DNA from: an uncultured bacterium
Lineage (GTDB): Bacteria > Planctomycetota > UBA1135 > GCA-002686595
NCBI GenBank assembly: GCA_943787795.1
Contig: CALSNU010000007.1
Coordinates: 1,238 to 65,237 of the forward strand
Direction: 5' to 3'
Length of the DNA: 64,000 nucleotides
The notes beneath the pieces were generated by a model. It was not told the DNA's origin, did not search any database, and worked only from the letters and a program-made list of their open reading frames with translations. Made by a program: the position numbers and the translations under genes. Of this stretch, positions 18,492 through 28,307 are shown in pieces (position 1 is the first letter of the stretch; every line of letters starts with the position of its first letter).

Positions 18492-18839
18492 ATGAGCGGC
18501 GCACAGCAATCCACCGGCAGGCCGGTGCTCGAGTCCCCAGGCCCCGGCGTGGAGACGGTGGCGGAGCCTGTGGCCGAGCAGCGCCTGGGCCGCCTCTGGA
18601 GGGTGATCTGCCACGACGACCCCCACACCACGATGGACTTCGTGGTGGAGGTCCTGATGACCGTCTTTCGTCAACCGGCGCCAAGGGCATTCGAGCTGAT
18701 GCTCTGCGTTCACCACGCGGGGAGCGCGTGGGTCGGGTCCTGGCCAGAGTCCGTGGCCCGCAAGAAGGTCGCCAAGGCCCAGGCGATGGCGAGGATGGAC
18801 GGGTTCCCGCTCACCTTCTCTGTCGAATTGGACGACTGA
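18492..18839 (+). CDS. clpS: ATP-dependent Clp protease adaptor ClpS
   Basis: WRVICHDDPHTTMDFVVEVL, MLCVHHAG, GFPLTFSVE. Confidence 0.9.
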   Translation: MSGAQQSTGRPVLESPGPGVETVAEPVAEQRLGRLWRVICHDDPHTTMDFVVEVLMTVFRQPAPRAFELMLCVHHAGSAWVGSWPESVARKKVAKAQAMARMDGFPLTFSVELDD

Positions 18840-18848
18840 ATCGAGCGG

Positions 18849-18912
18849 CGGGGGCCCGGCCTGAGGGCCCAGCTTGAGGGCCCAGCTTGAGGGCCCAGCT
18901 TGAGGGCTCAGC
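18849..18912. repeat. 13-bp tandem repeat (TGAGGGCCCAGCT x3 plus two degenerate copies)
   Basis: Read directly, just after the clpS stop. Confidence 0.88.
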
Positions 18913-18937
18913 CGCACCTCCCTTCAGGGCCAAGACC

Positions 18938-19672
18938 ATGACCTCCACCTATGTCCCCAGGCAGCGCGCGTGGTCCGTTTCGGACCTCCTCGCGGGGGTC
19001 ACGTCCGCCGACGTCACCTGCTCCGAGCAGGATCTGAGCGCGGCGGAGCCTCGGCTCTGGATCGATCTGGCGGCGGAGTGGGACGCGCGCTTGCTCGAGG
19101 CGCACATCGTCGATGCCAACAGGGGATTCTCCGCGGAGTTCCATGCGTTCCTCAAGGTCTGGGCCGAGGACGAGGAGCAGCACACGGAGGGGCTCCTGCG
19201 GCTCTACTCACTGGTGACGGGGGAGCAGGAAGGCTCCGTCCTCAGCCGGCTCCGGGCGAGGGTCGGGGACTTCCGCTCGGTTGAACCGCTCCTTGAGGGT
19301 GAGTTCGAGGTGCTCGTCCTGCTCGCCTACGACGAGGCCATGAGCACCGCGGGCTACGGGGAGGACATCCCCTTCTACCGGTCCCTGGGTCCAGCTTCCT
19401 TCGGCAGGCTCCTGCGCGAGCTGAAGAACGACGAGGCGATGCACTACAGGAACGCCGTCGAGCTCCTCGTGCTCGCACACAGTCACCGGGTGGAAGACGT
19501 CCCCAGTGTCGTGGAGCGCGTCGTTCAGTTTGACGAGGCCCAGGAGGAGTACCGGGCGACGTTCGTCTTGGACCACGCCACGGACCAGTTCGACGGCGCC
19601 AAGATGGAGCGCGTGGGAGAGTCCGTCGTGCGGACGATCCAGCGCCGCATGCGGCGTCAGCTGGACCGCTAG
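18938..19672 (+). CDS. Ferritin-like di-iron protein (acyl-ACP desaturase/AurF-like superfamily)
   Basis: E...WAEDEEQH...YDE...KNDEAMH four-helix di-iron pattern. Confidence 0.72.
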   Translation: MTSTYVPRQRAWSVSDLLAGVTSADVTCSEQDLSAAEPRLWIDLAAEWDARLLEAHIVDANRGFSAEFHAFLKVWAEDEEQHTEGLLRLYSLVTGEQEGSVLSRLRARVGDFRSVEPLLEGEFEVLVLLAYDEAMSTAGYGEDIPFYRSLGPASFGRLLRELKNDEAMHYRNAVELLVLAHSHRVEDVPSVVERVVQFDEAQEEYRATFVLDHATDQFDGAKMERVGESVVRTIQRRMRRQLDR

Positions 19673-20781
19673 CGAATCAGGAGGACCAGCGCTGTCAGGG
19701 CGGCCTGAGCCAGGACGACTCCGGCTCCGAGCCGCACCTCCATGTTCGACGAGCCCTGGCGGTTGAGCCAATCCGCGAGGCCGAGGGCGCCAGCGGGAAT
19801 GAGGTAAGGCGAGATCGGCTGGAACTCGGGCGATCCCGCGACGATGGGCGCCAGGAAGGGGAGGCTCCAGGCGACGATCCACACGGGCGCTCGCTGGGTC
19901 CCGACGCTCCGTTGGGCGAGGATCAGCTGATAGACCCCGAAGAGGCACGCGCCGAAGCCGATGGGAGCTGCGACCAGCCACCCGAGCCACGCCGCCGGAG
20001 AGGGGCCGTTGGCTCCCGCCAGCGTGCGCGTGACCAGGTGGTCGACCCTCAGGGACTCCGACGGGCCTGCGAGCCCGATGGAGATGGACATCGCGAGCAC
20101 GGCGATCACGGAGAGGGCGGTCACCTGGGCCTCGTGCCGATAGTCGGGGTGGCGCGCCACGGCCCAGGCGGTGGCTGGGACGAGCAGGATGAGCTCCATG
20201 TGGAGCATGTAGGCGGTGCCAAAGCAGATGATCGCGCGCCACTGGTAGCCGCGCCGGCTCTCCTGGTGCTGCCGGAAGAGTGACCAGAGCAGGAGGCTCG
20301 CGCCCAGCATCCCGGGCGCGTAGTCGATGGGAGAAGTCGCGCCGATCCAGCTGTAGGGAGTAGCGAAGGCGGCGATCGTCGCGGGGAGGCTTGCGGTTCG
20401 CCGGAAGCCGAGCCCGCGCAGGAAGGCCAGCGTGAGCATGAACGCCGCGCCGAGGCTGACCGCGGCGAGCAGCCGGACGGCGGTGGCGCCGTCGATGCCG
20501 TCGACGACCTCGAGCAAGCCACTTGCGAGGGGATAGAGGAGCCCCTGGGTCAACACGTCCGCCTCGCCGTCGAGGCGGCGGGCGGCCTCATCGCCCCCCG
20601 TGTAAGGAGCCGCCGAGGGTGACGCCATGGCCAGGGCCGCGACAAGCAGGCCGTATCCGACGTCCTGGATCCGGTGCTGCTCTTCGAGGACGCCCACCAC
20701 TCGGCGGAGCCTGCGCAGCAGCCGGCGGCGTCGATGCGGGTCAGCGCCTCCGGTGGGGGGGAGGTCAGTCTTCGCTGCCAT
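19669..20781 (-). CDS. Polytopic membrane protein, possibly GT-C-like
   Basis: About 9-10 hydrophobic segments; similar to the upstream neighbour. Confidence 0.6.
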   Translation of the reverse strand: MAAKTDLPPTGGADPHRRRRLLRRLRRVVGVLEEQHRIQDVGYGLLVAALAMASPSAAPYTGGDEAARRLDGEADVLTQGLLYPLASGLLEVVDGIDGATAVRLLAAVSLGAAFMLTLAFLRGLGFRRTASLPATIAAFATPYSWIGATSPIDYAPGMLGASLLLWSLFRQHQESRRGYQWRAIICFGTAYMLHMELILLVPATAWAVARHPDYRHEAQVTALSVIAVLAMSISIGLAGPSESLRVDHLVTRTLAGANGPSPAAWLGWLVAAPIGFGACLFGVYQLILAQRSVGTQRAPVWIVAWSLPFLAPIVAGSPEFQPISPYLIPAGALGLADWLNRQGSSNMEVRLGAGVVLAQAALTALVLLIR

Positions 20782-21952
20782 CTTCGTTCAGCGGTATCGC
20801 CGGGGCCCCAAGGCGAACGACCTGTCCCGTGGCCGCGTCGAGGGCCCAGGGTGCAGCCGCTTGACCCTCGAGGGTCATGACGCGGCCCGGGCTCGCGGTC
20901 GGGACGCGGTCCACCACGGTGGCGCCCAGCCTGCGACGGAGCAGGTACGCCTCGTCGGAGGTCAGGTCCTTGACGATCACGGTGTCGCCTTGTTCGACCT
21001 CGCCGGGACCGTTCGCCGCGAAGAACGAGGTGTCCTCGGGCGCCCAGTGGATGGCGGCGGCGGCGAGGGCGAGCTGTGCGCCCGCGAGCATGCCCGCCCA
21101 GCGGAGGGCGCCGTCTGGACGCGCTCTGCGGGCCAACGCGTTCGCCACCAGCACCGCCAGCGCTGGAACGAGGGCCGCGCCGGACTGTGCGCCGGAGAGC
21201 AGGGCGAGGGTGGCGCTCGTGGCGAGCCACAGCACGAGCCAGCCCGGCGGCGGCGCCTCCTCTTCCTGGCGGAACCAGCTGAGCGGAACGATGACCAGCG
21301 CCGCGCCGCCAAGGAGCGCGAGGTCGGCCCACCTGCCGAAGATGGCCTCGTCTTCCAGGGCGGCCGCCGCCCTCGACATGCCGCACGCGGCCATGAAGAT
21401 GCACGCGACGGCGGCTACTCGGATGAGGTAGCCCTTGCGGCCGCTGCGCCCAGCGTCCCGCGGCGCGGCGATCGAGGCCAGGAGCAGGGAGCTGCCCAGG
21501 GCGACGAACGCGCCGTCGGAGGGGAGCCGCCCATGCATGAGAAGGAGCGGGGACATCACCGCGATCAAGGCCGACGCAAAGGCGACGCGGCCGCTGAATC
21601 CAGCGGCCTTGAGCGCCAGCCCGAGAGCCGGGAGGGTGGCGCCGAGGGCGAGGGCCGACGCCAGGAAGGCCGCCGCTTCGATGCCGACGGCTCCCCGTCC
21701 GATGGCGGCCAGGGCCGCGTGGAGCGGCGCCAGGGGCCCGGCAGACTCCGCCGCGAACTCCGTGGTCGAGCGGATCAAGACGTCGGCGATGGGGGTGCCG
21801 GCCGCGAGCAGGGCGATCCCGGCACCGGTCAGCAGCCAGGCCGCCACCGGGACCTCACGGTCCCGCCAGTCGGACCGCGCCACGGCCTCGAGAAGGTCCT
21901 CACGTGGGAACAGATTCCCATCGTTTGCGATGTCGAAGGAGTCAGTCTTCAC
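20765..21952 (-). CDS. Polytopic membrane protein, possibly GT-C-like
   Basis: About 9-10 TM segments plus a soluble C-terminus; same strand as aroB with a 6-bp gap. Confidence 0.6.
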   Translation of the reverse strand: MKTDSFDIANDGNLFPREDLLEAVARSDWRDREVPVAAWLLTGAGIALLAAGTPIADVLIRSTTEFAAESAGPLAPLHAALAAIGRGAVGIEAAAFLASALALGATLPALGLALKAAGFSGRVAFASALIAVMSPLLLMHGRLPSDGAFVALGSSLLLASIAAPRDAGRSGRKGYLIRVAAVACIFMAACGMSRAAAALEDEAIFGRWADLALLGGAALVIVPLSWFRQEEEAPPPGWLVLWLATSATLALLSGAQSGAALVPALAVLVANALARRARPDGALRWAGMLAGAQLALAAAAIHWAPEDTSFFAANGPGEVEQGDTVIVKDLTSDEAYLLRRRLGATVVDRVPTASPGRVMTLEGQAAAPWALDAATGQVVRLGAPAIPLNEDGSED

Positions 21953-21958
21953 GAGCGA

Positions 21959-23035
21959 TCATGCGAGCAGTTCGGAGAGGAGATCCTCGCCGAGGTTAAG
22001 CCCCATGATCACATCGCCTTCTCGACGTGCGAGCACAAACTCAGGAGCTCCCACGGCCCCCTTCTTGTCATGGTCCAGCCCGCCGCGGAGGGCCGCCGGG
22101 GTGAGCCGCTCCTCGAGCCCATACGTCTGGCGGAGGGCTCCTAGCGTGCTCGGCAAGCCCGCTCGGTCGAGCAGCCGGGTCGTGCGCTCGGTCAGCGCCC
22201 CAGGGGCTCCAACGGTCCGCTCCGCGGCGGTGGCGGCGAGCGCGAGTCCGACGCCGACCGCGACGCCGTGGGGGACGGCGCCGAAGCCCGCGGCGTGCTC
22301 GATGGCGTGGGCGAAGGTGTGTCCGAGGTTGAGGGCGCGGCGAGGACCGCGCTCCTCGGGGTCCGAGAGCACCACCTGCGCCTTCACGCGCACGCAGGCC
22401 TCGACGACCTCGGCGAGCGCTCCAGGATCCCGATCGAGCAGATGAGGCGTGAGGCGCTCGACGAGGGCGAGCGTCTCATCGCCGCCGATGAGGGCTGTCT
22501 TGATGACCTCACCGAGCCCGCTCGCGAGCTCGGTCTCGTCGAGGGTGACGAGCAGATCGGAGTCGCACAGGACACCAGCGGGCTGGTGGAAGGTCCCCGC
22601 GAGGTTCTTCCCCGAGGCGAGGTTGATGGCGGTCTTGCCGCCCACGGACGCGTCCACCTGCGCGAGCAGGGTGGTCGGCACCTGGAGGACGTCGATACCA
22701 CGCTTGAAGAGGGAGGCCGCGAGCCCGCCGAGGTCGCCCACGGTCCCGCCCCCAACCGCGATCAGCAGGGAGCGCCGGGAGAGCCCGGAGGCGGCGCAGA
22801 ACTCCAGCGCGCGGCCGAGGCCGTCCATGGTCTTCAGGGACTCGCCGGCCTCCACTTCGAGCGTCGGGACCCCCTCGAGCAGGGGACCGTGAAGGGAGGT
22901 CACCCGGCGGTCAGCGAGGACCGCCACCCGATCGCGTCCGTCTTGATATGACCGGACCTCCTTCGAGACCCCCGAGCCCACGAGGACGTCATAGCGGCTG
23001 CTCTCGCCCGCGAGGGAGATCGAAACTGTGGACAT
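21959..23035 (-). CDS. aroB: 3-dehydroquinate synthase
   Basis: GGGTVGDLGG, VPTTLLAQVDASVGGKTAIN, KNLAGTFHQP, LNLGHTFAHAIE, HGVAV. Confidence 0.96.
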   Translation of the reverse strand: MSTVSISLAGESSRYDVLVGSGVSKEVRSYQDGRDRVAVLADRRVTSLHGPLLEGVPTLEVEAGESLKTMDGLGRALEFCAASGLSRRSLLIAVGGGTVGDLGGLAASLFKRGIDVLQVPTTLLAQVDASVGGKTAINLASGKNLAGTFHQPAGVLCDSDLLVTLDETELASGLGEVIKTALIGGDETLALVERLTPHLLDRDPGALAEVVEACVRVKAQVVLSDPEERGPRRALNLGHTFAHAIEHAAGFGAVPHGVAVGVGLALAATAAERTVGAPGALTERTTRLLDRAGLPSTLGALRQTYGLEERLTPAALRGGLDHDKKGAVGAPEFVLARREGDVIMGLNLGEDLLSELLA

Positions 23036-23051
23036 CGGGCGTCGCTTGGAG

Positions 23052-24503
23052 TCAGACCGCGGTGGCTTCGCGGCCCTCGCGCTTGCGGCGGCGGCGGACC
23101 ATTTCCACGCGCAGGCGCTCGCTCTTTCGCCGGTCGGCGCGGAGCAGGAGGAAGATCGTGATCACCATGACGATCGTCGCCCCGACCACGACCATCGCGA
23201 TGGGTGCTACCGGGTTGGAGCCTTTGAGCTGGAAGACCTCCAGCTCATGCAGCACGAAGACGGGCGACCGCCGAGGTTCCCCCAGCTTGTTGGTGAACAG
23301 GATGTTCCTGAAGAAGTACCCCTTGGCCTCCACGTATCGATGGGCGTCATCGGCGCCCTTCAGACCCTGCTCGCGCACGAGGTCACGGCGCACAAACGGG
23401 CCGACCCACTTGATGGTCTTGACCGCGCCCTTCCAGTTGTTGTTTCCGATCCACCCCCGGGTCACGCGGTCGAGCCGCAGGGGGTTGTCCTCGACGATGG
23501 TGGAGTACGTGTCGAGGTTGATGCTGACGGGGATCCGGAAGGGTGTCCCGCGGAAGTCCTCTCCGCTCTCGTAGATCTGGGTCAGAGCCTCCTGATCGAG
23601 CTCGGCCGCCGCGTCCCAGTCGGTCTCGCCGCCCTTCAGCTTGGCGTAAGCCATCAGGCCCCACTGCTGGAGGTCGAAGGCGTCCTTCTCGAAGGTCCGG
23701 GCGACCTCGTCGTCGATGACCGTGTCGAGACCGAGAAGGAGCGCGCGGGACCACTCCTCGGTGATCTCGTCGGCGTCCGGTACCGCGGGCGTCGAGGGGG
23801 TGGCGGCGAAGCCCAGGATCAGCGGCCCGCTCGCTGATTGGAGCGCCTCTGAACCGATCGCGTCGGGGACAGGGGCGCGATAGATCTTGTGGAAGAGACC
23901 GTCGACCCGAACGAAGTCGCCGGCGCGCAGGGATTGAGGGGCGTCAGGGGCGCCCCGGAGCTTCGGAGCGTTCGCCACCAGGAAGTAGCCCAGGGACCCG
24001 TCGTCCGTGAGCACGCTCCCCATCCAGCCCGGGCGGGACCCGCCGGCGCTCTGCCGCTGGGACACCTCGAGGATCTGGCCGCGGAGGAGAACCGGCTCGA
24101 GGCGGTGGGCCGCCGGGTCGTCCATCAGCTCTTCGGAGACCTCCGTGTTGAGGGTGCGCATCCCCTCGGACTCGAGGGCCCTGCGGGTCTGGAGCCGCGC
24201 GTAAGAGAACACCTCCTGGAGCGGCTCGGACTCGAGGAACTCTTGCTGTGTGTTGGTGGCATCCTCGATCTTCGCCAGGAGCTCCGGCTGGTCGAAGAGG
24301 ACCCGCTGGACCACGGGTTCGGTCTCGACGGCCTCCTCGGCAGCCTCGCTCCGCAGCTCCTCCTGTTGCGCGAGGGTGCGCGCATGGGAGTAGAGGTAGA
24401 GGCCGCCAATGAGGACCGCGCTCACCGTGAGGCCGAGGATCCTGAACTTGTCCACGCGTGCCAGGCGGGCCGCTTCTTCAGGGGTGATCTTGCCGTACTT
24501 CAT
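23052..24503 (-). CDS. Hypothetical membrane protein (N- and C-terminal TM, two similar extracytoplasmic modules)
   Basis: Coding bias; TMs at both ends; basic C-terminal tail. Confidence 0.7.
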   Translation of the reverse strand: MKYGKITPEEAARLARVDKFRILGLTVSAVLIGGLYLYSHARTLAQQEELRSEAAEEAVETEPVVQRVLFDQPELLAKIEDATNTQQEFLESEPLQEVFSYARLQTRRALESEGMRTLNTEVSEELMDDPAAHRLEPVLLRGQILEVSQRQSAGGSRPGWMGSVLTDDGSLGYFLVANAPKLRGAPDAPQSLRAGDFVRVDGLFHKIYRAPVPDAIGSEALQSASGPLILGFAATPSTPAVPDADEITEEWSRALLLGLDTVIDDEVARTFEKDAFDLQQWGLMAYAKLKGGETDWDAAAELDQEALTQIYESGEDFRGTPFRIPVSINLDTYSTIVEDNPLRLDRVTRGWIGNNNWKGAVKTIKWVGPFVRRDLVREQGLKGADDAHRYVEAKGYFFRNILFTNKLGEPRRSPVFVLHELEVFQLKGSNPVAPIAMVVVGATIVMVITIFLLLRADRRKSERLRVEMVRRRRKREGREATAV

Positions 24504-25225
24504 CTTTGGGCCGGTCGAGGGAGAACGCGCGCAGCTTCGATGAGGCCGCGAAACAGCGCCTCGTGAACGGGTTCGCCAGGGCTGAGTTCAGGGTGCCATT
24601 GAATACCGATCACAAACGATCGGTCAGGGTGTTCGATGGCTTCCACCAGACCCTCCTCGTCCACCCCGGACGTGATCCAAGGGGGAGGGACGGTTCGGAG
24701 TGCTTGATGGTGCCTGGAGACCACCTGCACGGGGCCTAGACCCATCATTCCCGCGAGTTTCGACCCTGGAGCCGGATGCACGGAGTGGATTGCGCTGTCG
24801 GCGTGACGCACCGCACCGGGGCGCTGGGACGGCAGGTCCTGCCATAGCGTCGCACCCCCAGCGAGGCCGAGGCACTGCATGCCGTAGCAGATCCCGAGGA
24901 TCGGTAGGTCACGCTCGAGGGCGAGCCGGGTCAGGGCGAGGTCATAATCCTGCTTGGAGTCCTCGGTCACCTCGGCGGCGGGGTGGGTGGCTCCCAGGCC
25001 AAGCCCCTCGGTGACAAAGTCATCGCCGCCGGTCAGCACCAGGCCGTCCACGCGGTCGAGGACGGCCTCCAGTTCGTCGAGTTGGCCCTCGGCTCCGAGC
25101 CTGGGGGCGAGAGCCACGGGGGCCCCGCCGGCCCGCCGCACCGCGTCGGGGTAACGCTGCCGGAGGCGCAGCATCGGATCCTCCGCGTGGTAGAGGCCGT
25201 TGACGGCGATCACGGGGGCGCTCAT
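24500..25225 (-). CDS. Class I glutamine amidotransferase, peptidase C26 / PuuD-like
   Basis: DGLVLTGGDD, PILGICYGMQ, SRHHQA, GIQWHPE (Cys-His-Glu triad). Confidence 0.9.
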   Translation of the reverse strand: MSAPVIAVNGLYHAEDPMLRLRQRYPDAVRRAGGAPVALAPRLGAEGQLDELEAVLDRVDGLVLTGGDDFVTEGLGLGATHPAAEVTEDSKQDYDLALTRLALERDLPILGICYGMQCLGLAGGATLWQDLPSQRPGAVRHADSAIHSVHPAPGSKLAGMMGLGPVQVVSRHHQALRTVPPPWITSGVDEEGLVEAIEHPDRSFVIGIQWHPELSPGEPVHEALFRGLIEAARVLPRPAQR

Positions 25226-25336
25226 GACACGAGTATGGCGCCCCGACCCTCAGGGGCCTAGACCCGCGCCGTCGGTGTCCGGAGAGTTTGCCGTTCGAGC
25301 GCGTGCTTCCCAACGGCGGGCGGTAGCCTCCGTGCC

Positions 25337-26305
25337 ATGCTGCTGGACGTTGCGTTTCTCCTGCTCGGCTTCGTGTTGCTGGCGAAGGGCGCGGACTCCC
25401 TTGTGGAGGGAGGCGCCACGCTCGCCACCAAGCTCGGGGTCAACCCGTGGGTGGTTGGCCTCACCGTTGTGGCCTGGGGGACCTCGCTCCCCGAGGTGGT
25501 CGTCTCAACCCTCGCGGCGGTGGACGGTCAGCCGGGCGTGGCTGTGGACAACGTCCTGGGCTCCAACGTCGCCAACGTGGGGCTGGTGCTGGGGACAGTT
25601 GGCCTCATCCTGCCGCGGGCTCTGGTCGGCCGGCTGTCCATCCGCGAGAGCATGCCGCTGCTGCTCTCTCTGGCGGGTCTCTACTTCGTCCTCAGCGACC
25701 GGCAGGTGACCCGAGTCGAGGGCGGCGTGATGCTCGCCGTCTTTGTGGCGTACACCCTGGAGCTGGTCCTGTTCCGCGGTCGCGGCGAGGACTCGCCCGC
25801 GGCGGATATCCAGCCGGGAGAGACCCACGCCCCCTATCCCTGGCTGCGCGTCGTCCTTGGCGCCGTCGCCATCCTCGCCGGGGCTCGCCTGGTCCTCATT
25901 GGCGCCACGGGGGTCGCCGAGGTGCTCGGGCTGAAGGACGGCGTGGTGGGGCTCTTGATCCTCGCCCTGGGCACCTCGCTCCCCGAGCTCGCCGCTGGTG
26001 TCGTGAGCGCTCGCAAGGGGCACACGGAGATCGGCCTCGGGAACATCGTCGGCAGCAACGTCTTCAACACCCTGGCCGTGGTGGGGGTGGCAGCTCTCGT
26101 CGCCCCCTTCGGCGAGTCTCCTGACGGGCAGGAGGCCTGGACCTTGGCGGTGGAGCGGTCCCTGGACAGGGACTTCCCGGTGAACGTGATCTTCGCCCTC
26201 ATCCTCGTCCTCGCGCCCACGGTCTTCCGCGGTCGAGCGGCCCGCCTGCGGGCGGGCCTGATGCTGGGCGGCTGGCTCGGCTACATCCTGTGGATCAGCC
26301 TCTAG
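25337..26305 (+). CDS. Ca2+/Na+ antiporter (YrbG/CaCA family)
   Basis: Two alpha repeats: GTSLPEV..GSNVAN and GTSLPEL..GSNVFN. Confidence 0.93.
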   Translation: MLLDVAFLLLGFVLLAKGADSLVEGGATLATKLGVNPWVVGLTVVAWGTSLPEVVVSTLAAVDGQPGVAVDNVLGSNVANVGLVLGTVGLILPRALVGRLSIRESMPLLLSLAGLYFVLSDRQVTRVEGGVMLAVFVAYTLELVLFRGRGEDSPAADIQPGETHAPYPWLRVVLGAVAILAGARLVLIGATGVAEVLGLKDGVVGLLILALGTSLPELAAGVVSARKGHTEIGLGNIVGSNVFNTLAVVGVAALVAPFGESPDGQEAWTLAVERSLDRDFPVNVIFALILVLAPTVFRGRAARLRAGLMLGGWLGYILWISL

Positions 26306-26817
26306 GGCGCCCGGTCCTCTTCCGGACGGCGCGGCTCACGGCCTGTCGTCTGGGGCCGGAACACGTGGGGGACCTCCTCGCGGTCTACGGCGACCGGGAG
26401 ACCGTGCGCTGGGTGGACGACGGGGAGCCCCTTTCCCCGGCAGATGCGGCGCGATGGGTCGAGGTCACCGACCGAAACTATGACGCTCGGGGGTACGGGA
26501 TGGCGGCCCTGCTGCTGACCGAGACCTCAGAGATCGTCGGCTTCTGCGGGATCGTGAGGCCGGGCGGCCAGGAGGAAGACGAGCTCAAATACGCCCTCCT
26601 GCGGTCGCGCTGGGGTCAGGGGCTGGCCACGGAGGCGGCCCAAGCGATGCTCGCCCACGGCGCGGAGCGCCTCGGCCTGGACCAGATCATCGCCACCGTC
26701 GCCGCAGAGAACGCCGCTTCTCTGCGGGTCCTCGCGAAGGTCGGGATGGAGCCTGCGGGGGAGCGGCGGGAAGAGGACGGCTCCGTCACACGGATCCTGC
26801 ACTGGTCGCCGACCTGA
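26290..26817 (+). CDS. GNAT N-acetyltransferase (RimJ/RimL-like)
   Basis: RTARL, WGQGLATEAA, NAASLRVLAKVGM. Confidence 0.87.
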   Translation: MDQPLGRPVLFRTARLTACRLGPEHVGDLLAVYGDRETVRWVDDGEPLSPADAARWVEVTDRNYDARGYGMAALLLTETSEIVGFCGIVRPGGQEEDELKYALLRSRWGQGLATEAAQAMLAHGAERLGLDQIIATVAAENAASLRVLAKVGMEPAGERREEDGSVTRILHWSPT

Positions 26818-26830
26818 GCCCCGCGCCTTG

Positions 26831-26906
26831 GGGTCGGCCCAGCATTCGGGTCGGCCCAGCACTCGGGTCGGTTCAGCGTTCGGGTCAGTTCAGCCTGCGG
26901 GTCAGG
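26831..26906. repeat. 17-bp tandem array x4 plus partial, progressively diverging (GGGTCGGCCCAGCATTC...)
   Basis: Read directly between convergent genes. Confidence 0.85.
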
Positions 26907-26922
26907 TCGACGGCCCGGCGCC

Positions 26923-28146
26923 TCAGGCGCGGGCGACCTCGACCACCTCGGCGTCGGTGAGGTTTCGCGCCGAGCTCTTGGCGAAGTCGAGCACGCGGGC
27001 CACGGTGCCCTCGTCGGCCTCGATGCCGTTCTTCTCGAGCACCCAGCTGACGTTCGACTTGCCGCTCATGGGACCTACCAGGATGCGCTGCTCGAGGCCA
27101 ACCATGGCCGCCGGCACCCCTGAGTAGACGCGGTCAGCGAGCCAGGAGTCGCCCTTGCGGAACGCCTTGACCACCGCTGCCGCGTGGACGCCGGTGGCCG
27201 TCTCGAAGGCGTCGCTGCCGAAGACGGGGTAGTTGTCGGGGAAGGGGATGCCGATGCACTCCGAGGCCTTCTTGACGTAGTCGCCGAGGGCCGTGAGGTC
27301 CCGGTCGATCCAGCCCACGAGGCCGAGGTTCACCAGGAGCATGTCCATCTCCGTGTTACCGGCTCGCTCTCCGACGCCGAGGGCGGTCCCGTGGATACGG
27401 CTCGCGCCGGCCTCGATGGCGACGAGCGCGTTGATCAGCCCGAAGCCGCGGTCGCGGTGCCCGTGCCAGTCGATCTCGACGTCCGCGCCTCGCTCATCCG
27501 CGATCTCCCTGACGAACTTCACCAGGCGCCGGACGCCGGTGGGGGTCGCGTGCCCGCACGTGTCGCAGACGCACAGGCGTGACGCGCCCGCGTCGATGGC
27601 GGCTCCGTAGAGCGCGCGCAGGGTCTCGGGCTTTGCCCGGGTGGTGTCCTCGGTCACGAACATGACCGGCATGTCCTCCTTGACCGCGAAGGCCACCGCG
27701 TCGCTCGAGAGCTGAACCATGCGCTCAAGCTCCCAGTTCTCGGTGTAGAAGCGGATCGGGCTGGAGCCGATGAAGGCGCAGACCTCCAGGGGAGCGCCGA
27801 CCTGCTGCTGGATCTCGGCGGCCGGCTCGATGTCGCCGATCATGGTCCGGCACGCCACGTTGGGCGTGATGGAGAGGTCCTTCATCGTCCTGGCGAGCTC
27901 AAGGATGTGCCCGCGAGCGCGGTCCCCGGCGCCAGGGAGGCCGATATTGGCCGCGTTGATCCCCAGCCGATCCATCATGTGGACCAGCTCGACCTTGTCG
28001 GCCAGGCTCGGGTCGAGGGCGCTTGGGCTCTGCAGGCCATCCCGCAGGGTCTCGTCCACCAGCTGGATCTCCCCGAACCCGGCAGGATCCTCGTCATTCC
28101 AGTCGTGGATCAGCGCGTCATTGTCCTGGCCGTCGGTTTCCATCAT
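26923..28146 (-). CDS. DRE-TIM metallolyase, short 2-isopropylmalate synthase (LeuA)-like protein without the C-terminal regulatory domain
   Basis: DETLRDGLQ, EDTTRA, CDTCG, WHGHRDRG, GVGERAGN, TGVHA, GPMSGKSN. Confidence 0.82.
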   Translation of the reverse strand: MMETDGQDNDALIHDWNDEDPAGFGEIQLVDETLRDGLQSPSALDPSLADKVELVHMMDRLGINAANIGLPGAGDRARGHILELARTMKDLSITPNVACRTMIGDIEPAAEIQQQVGAPLEVCAFIGSSPIRFYTENWELERMVQLSSDAVAFAVKEDMPVMFVTEDTTRAKPETLRALYGAAIDAGASRLCVCDTCGHATPTGVRRLVKFVREIADERGADVEIDWHGHRDRGFGLINALVAIEAGASRIHGTALGVGERAGNTEMDMLLVNLGLVGWIDRDLTALGDYVKKASECIGIPFPDNYPVFGSDAFETATGVHAAAVVKAFRKGDSWLADRVYSGVPAAMVGLEQRILVGPMSGKSNVSWVLEKNGIEADEGTVARVLDFAKSSARNLTDAEVVEVARA

Positions 28147-28307
28147 CAGCAGTCGGGCAGGAGCGGGATCGGGGAGTTGGTCGCCCCCTGCGCCGTCACG
28201 TATCTTAGCTCGTCCGCCCGCTTCCGTTTGGCCTCCCCTGGGACCTCTCTGGAACCGGATTCGATGTCCGCCTGCCCCGCGCTCTCCGGCGTTCGCTCCG
28301 AGCCTCC

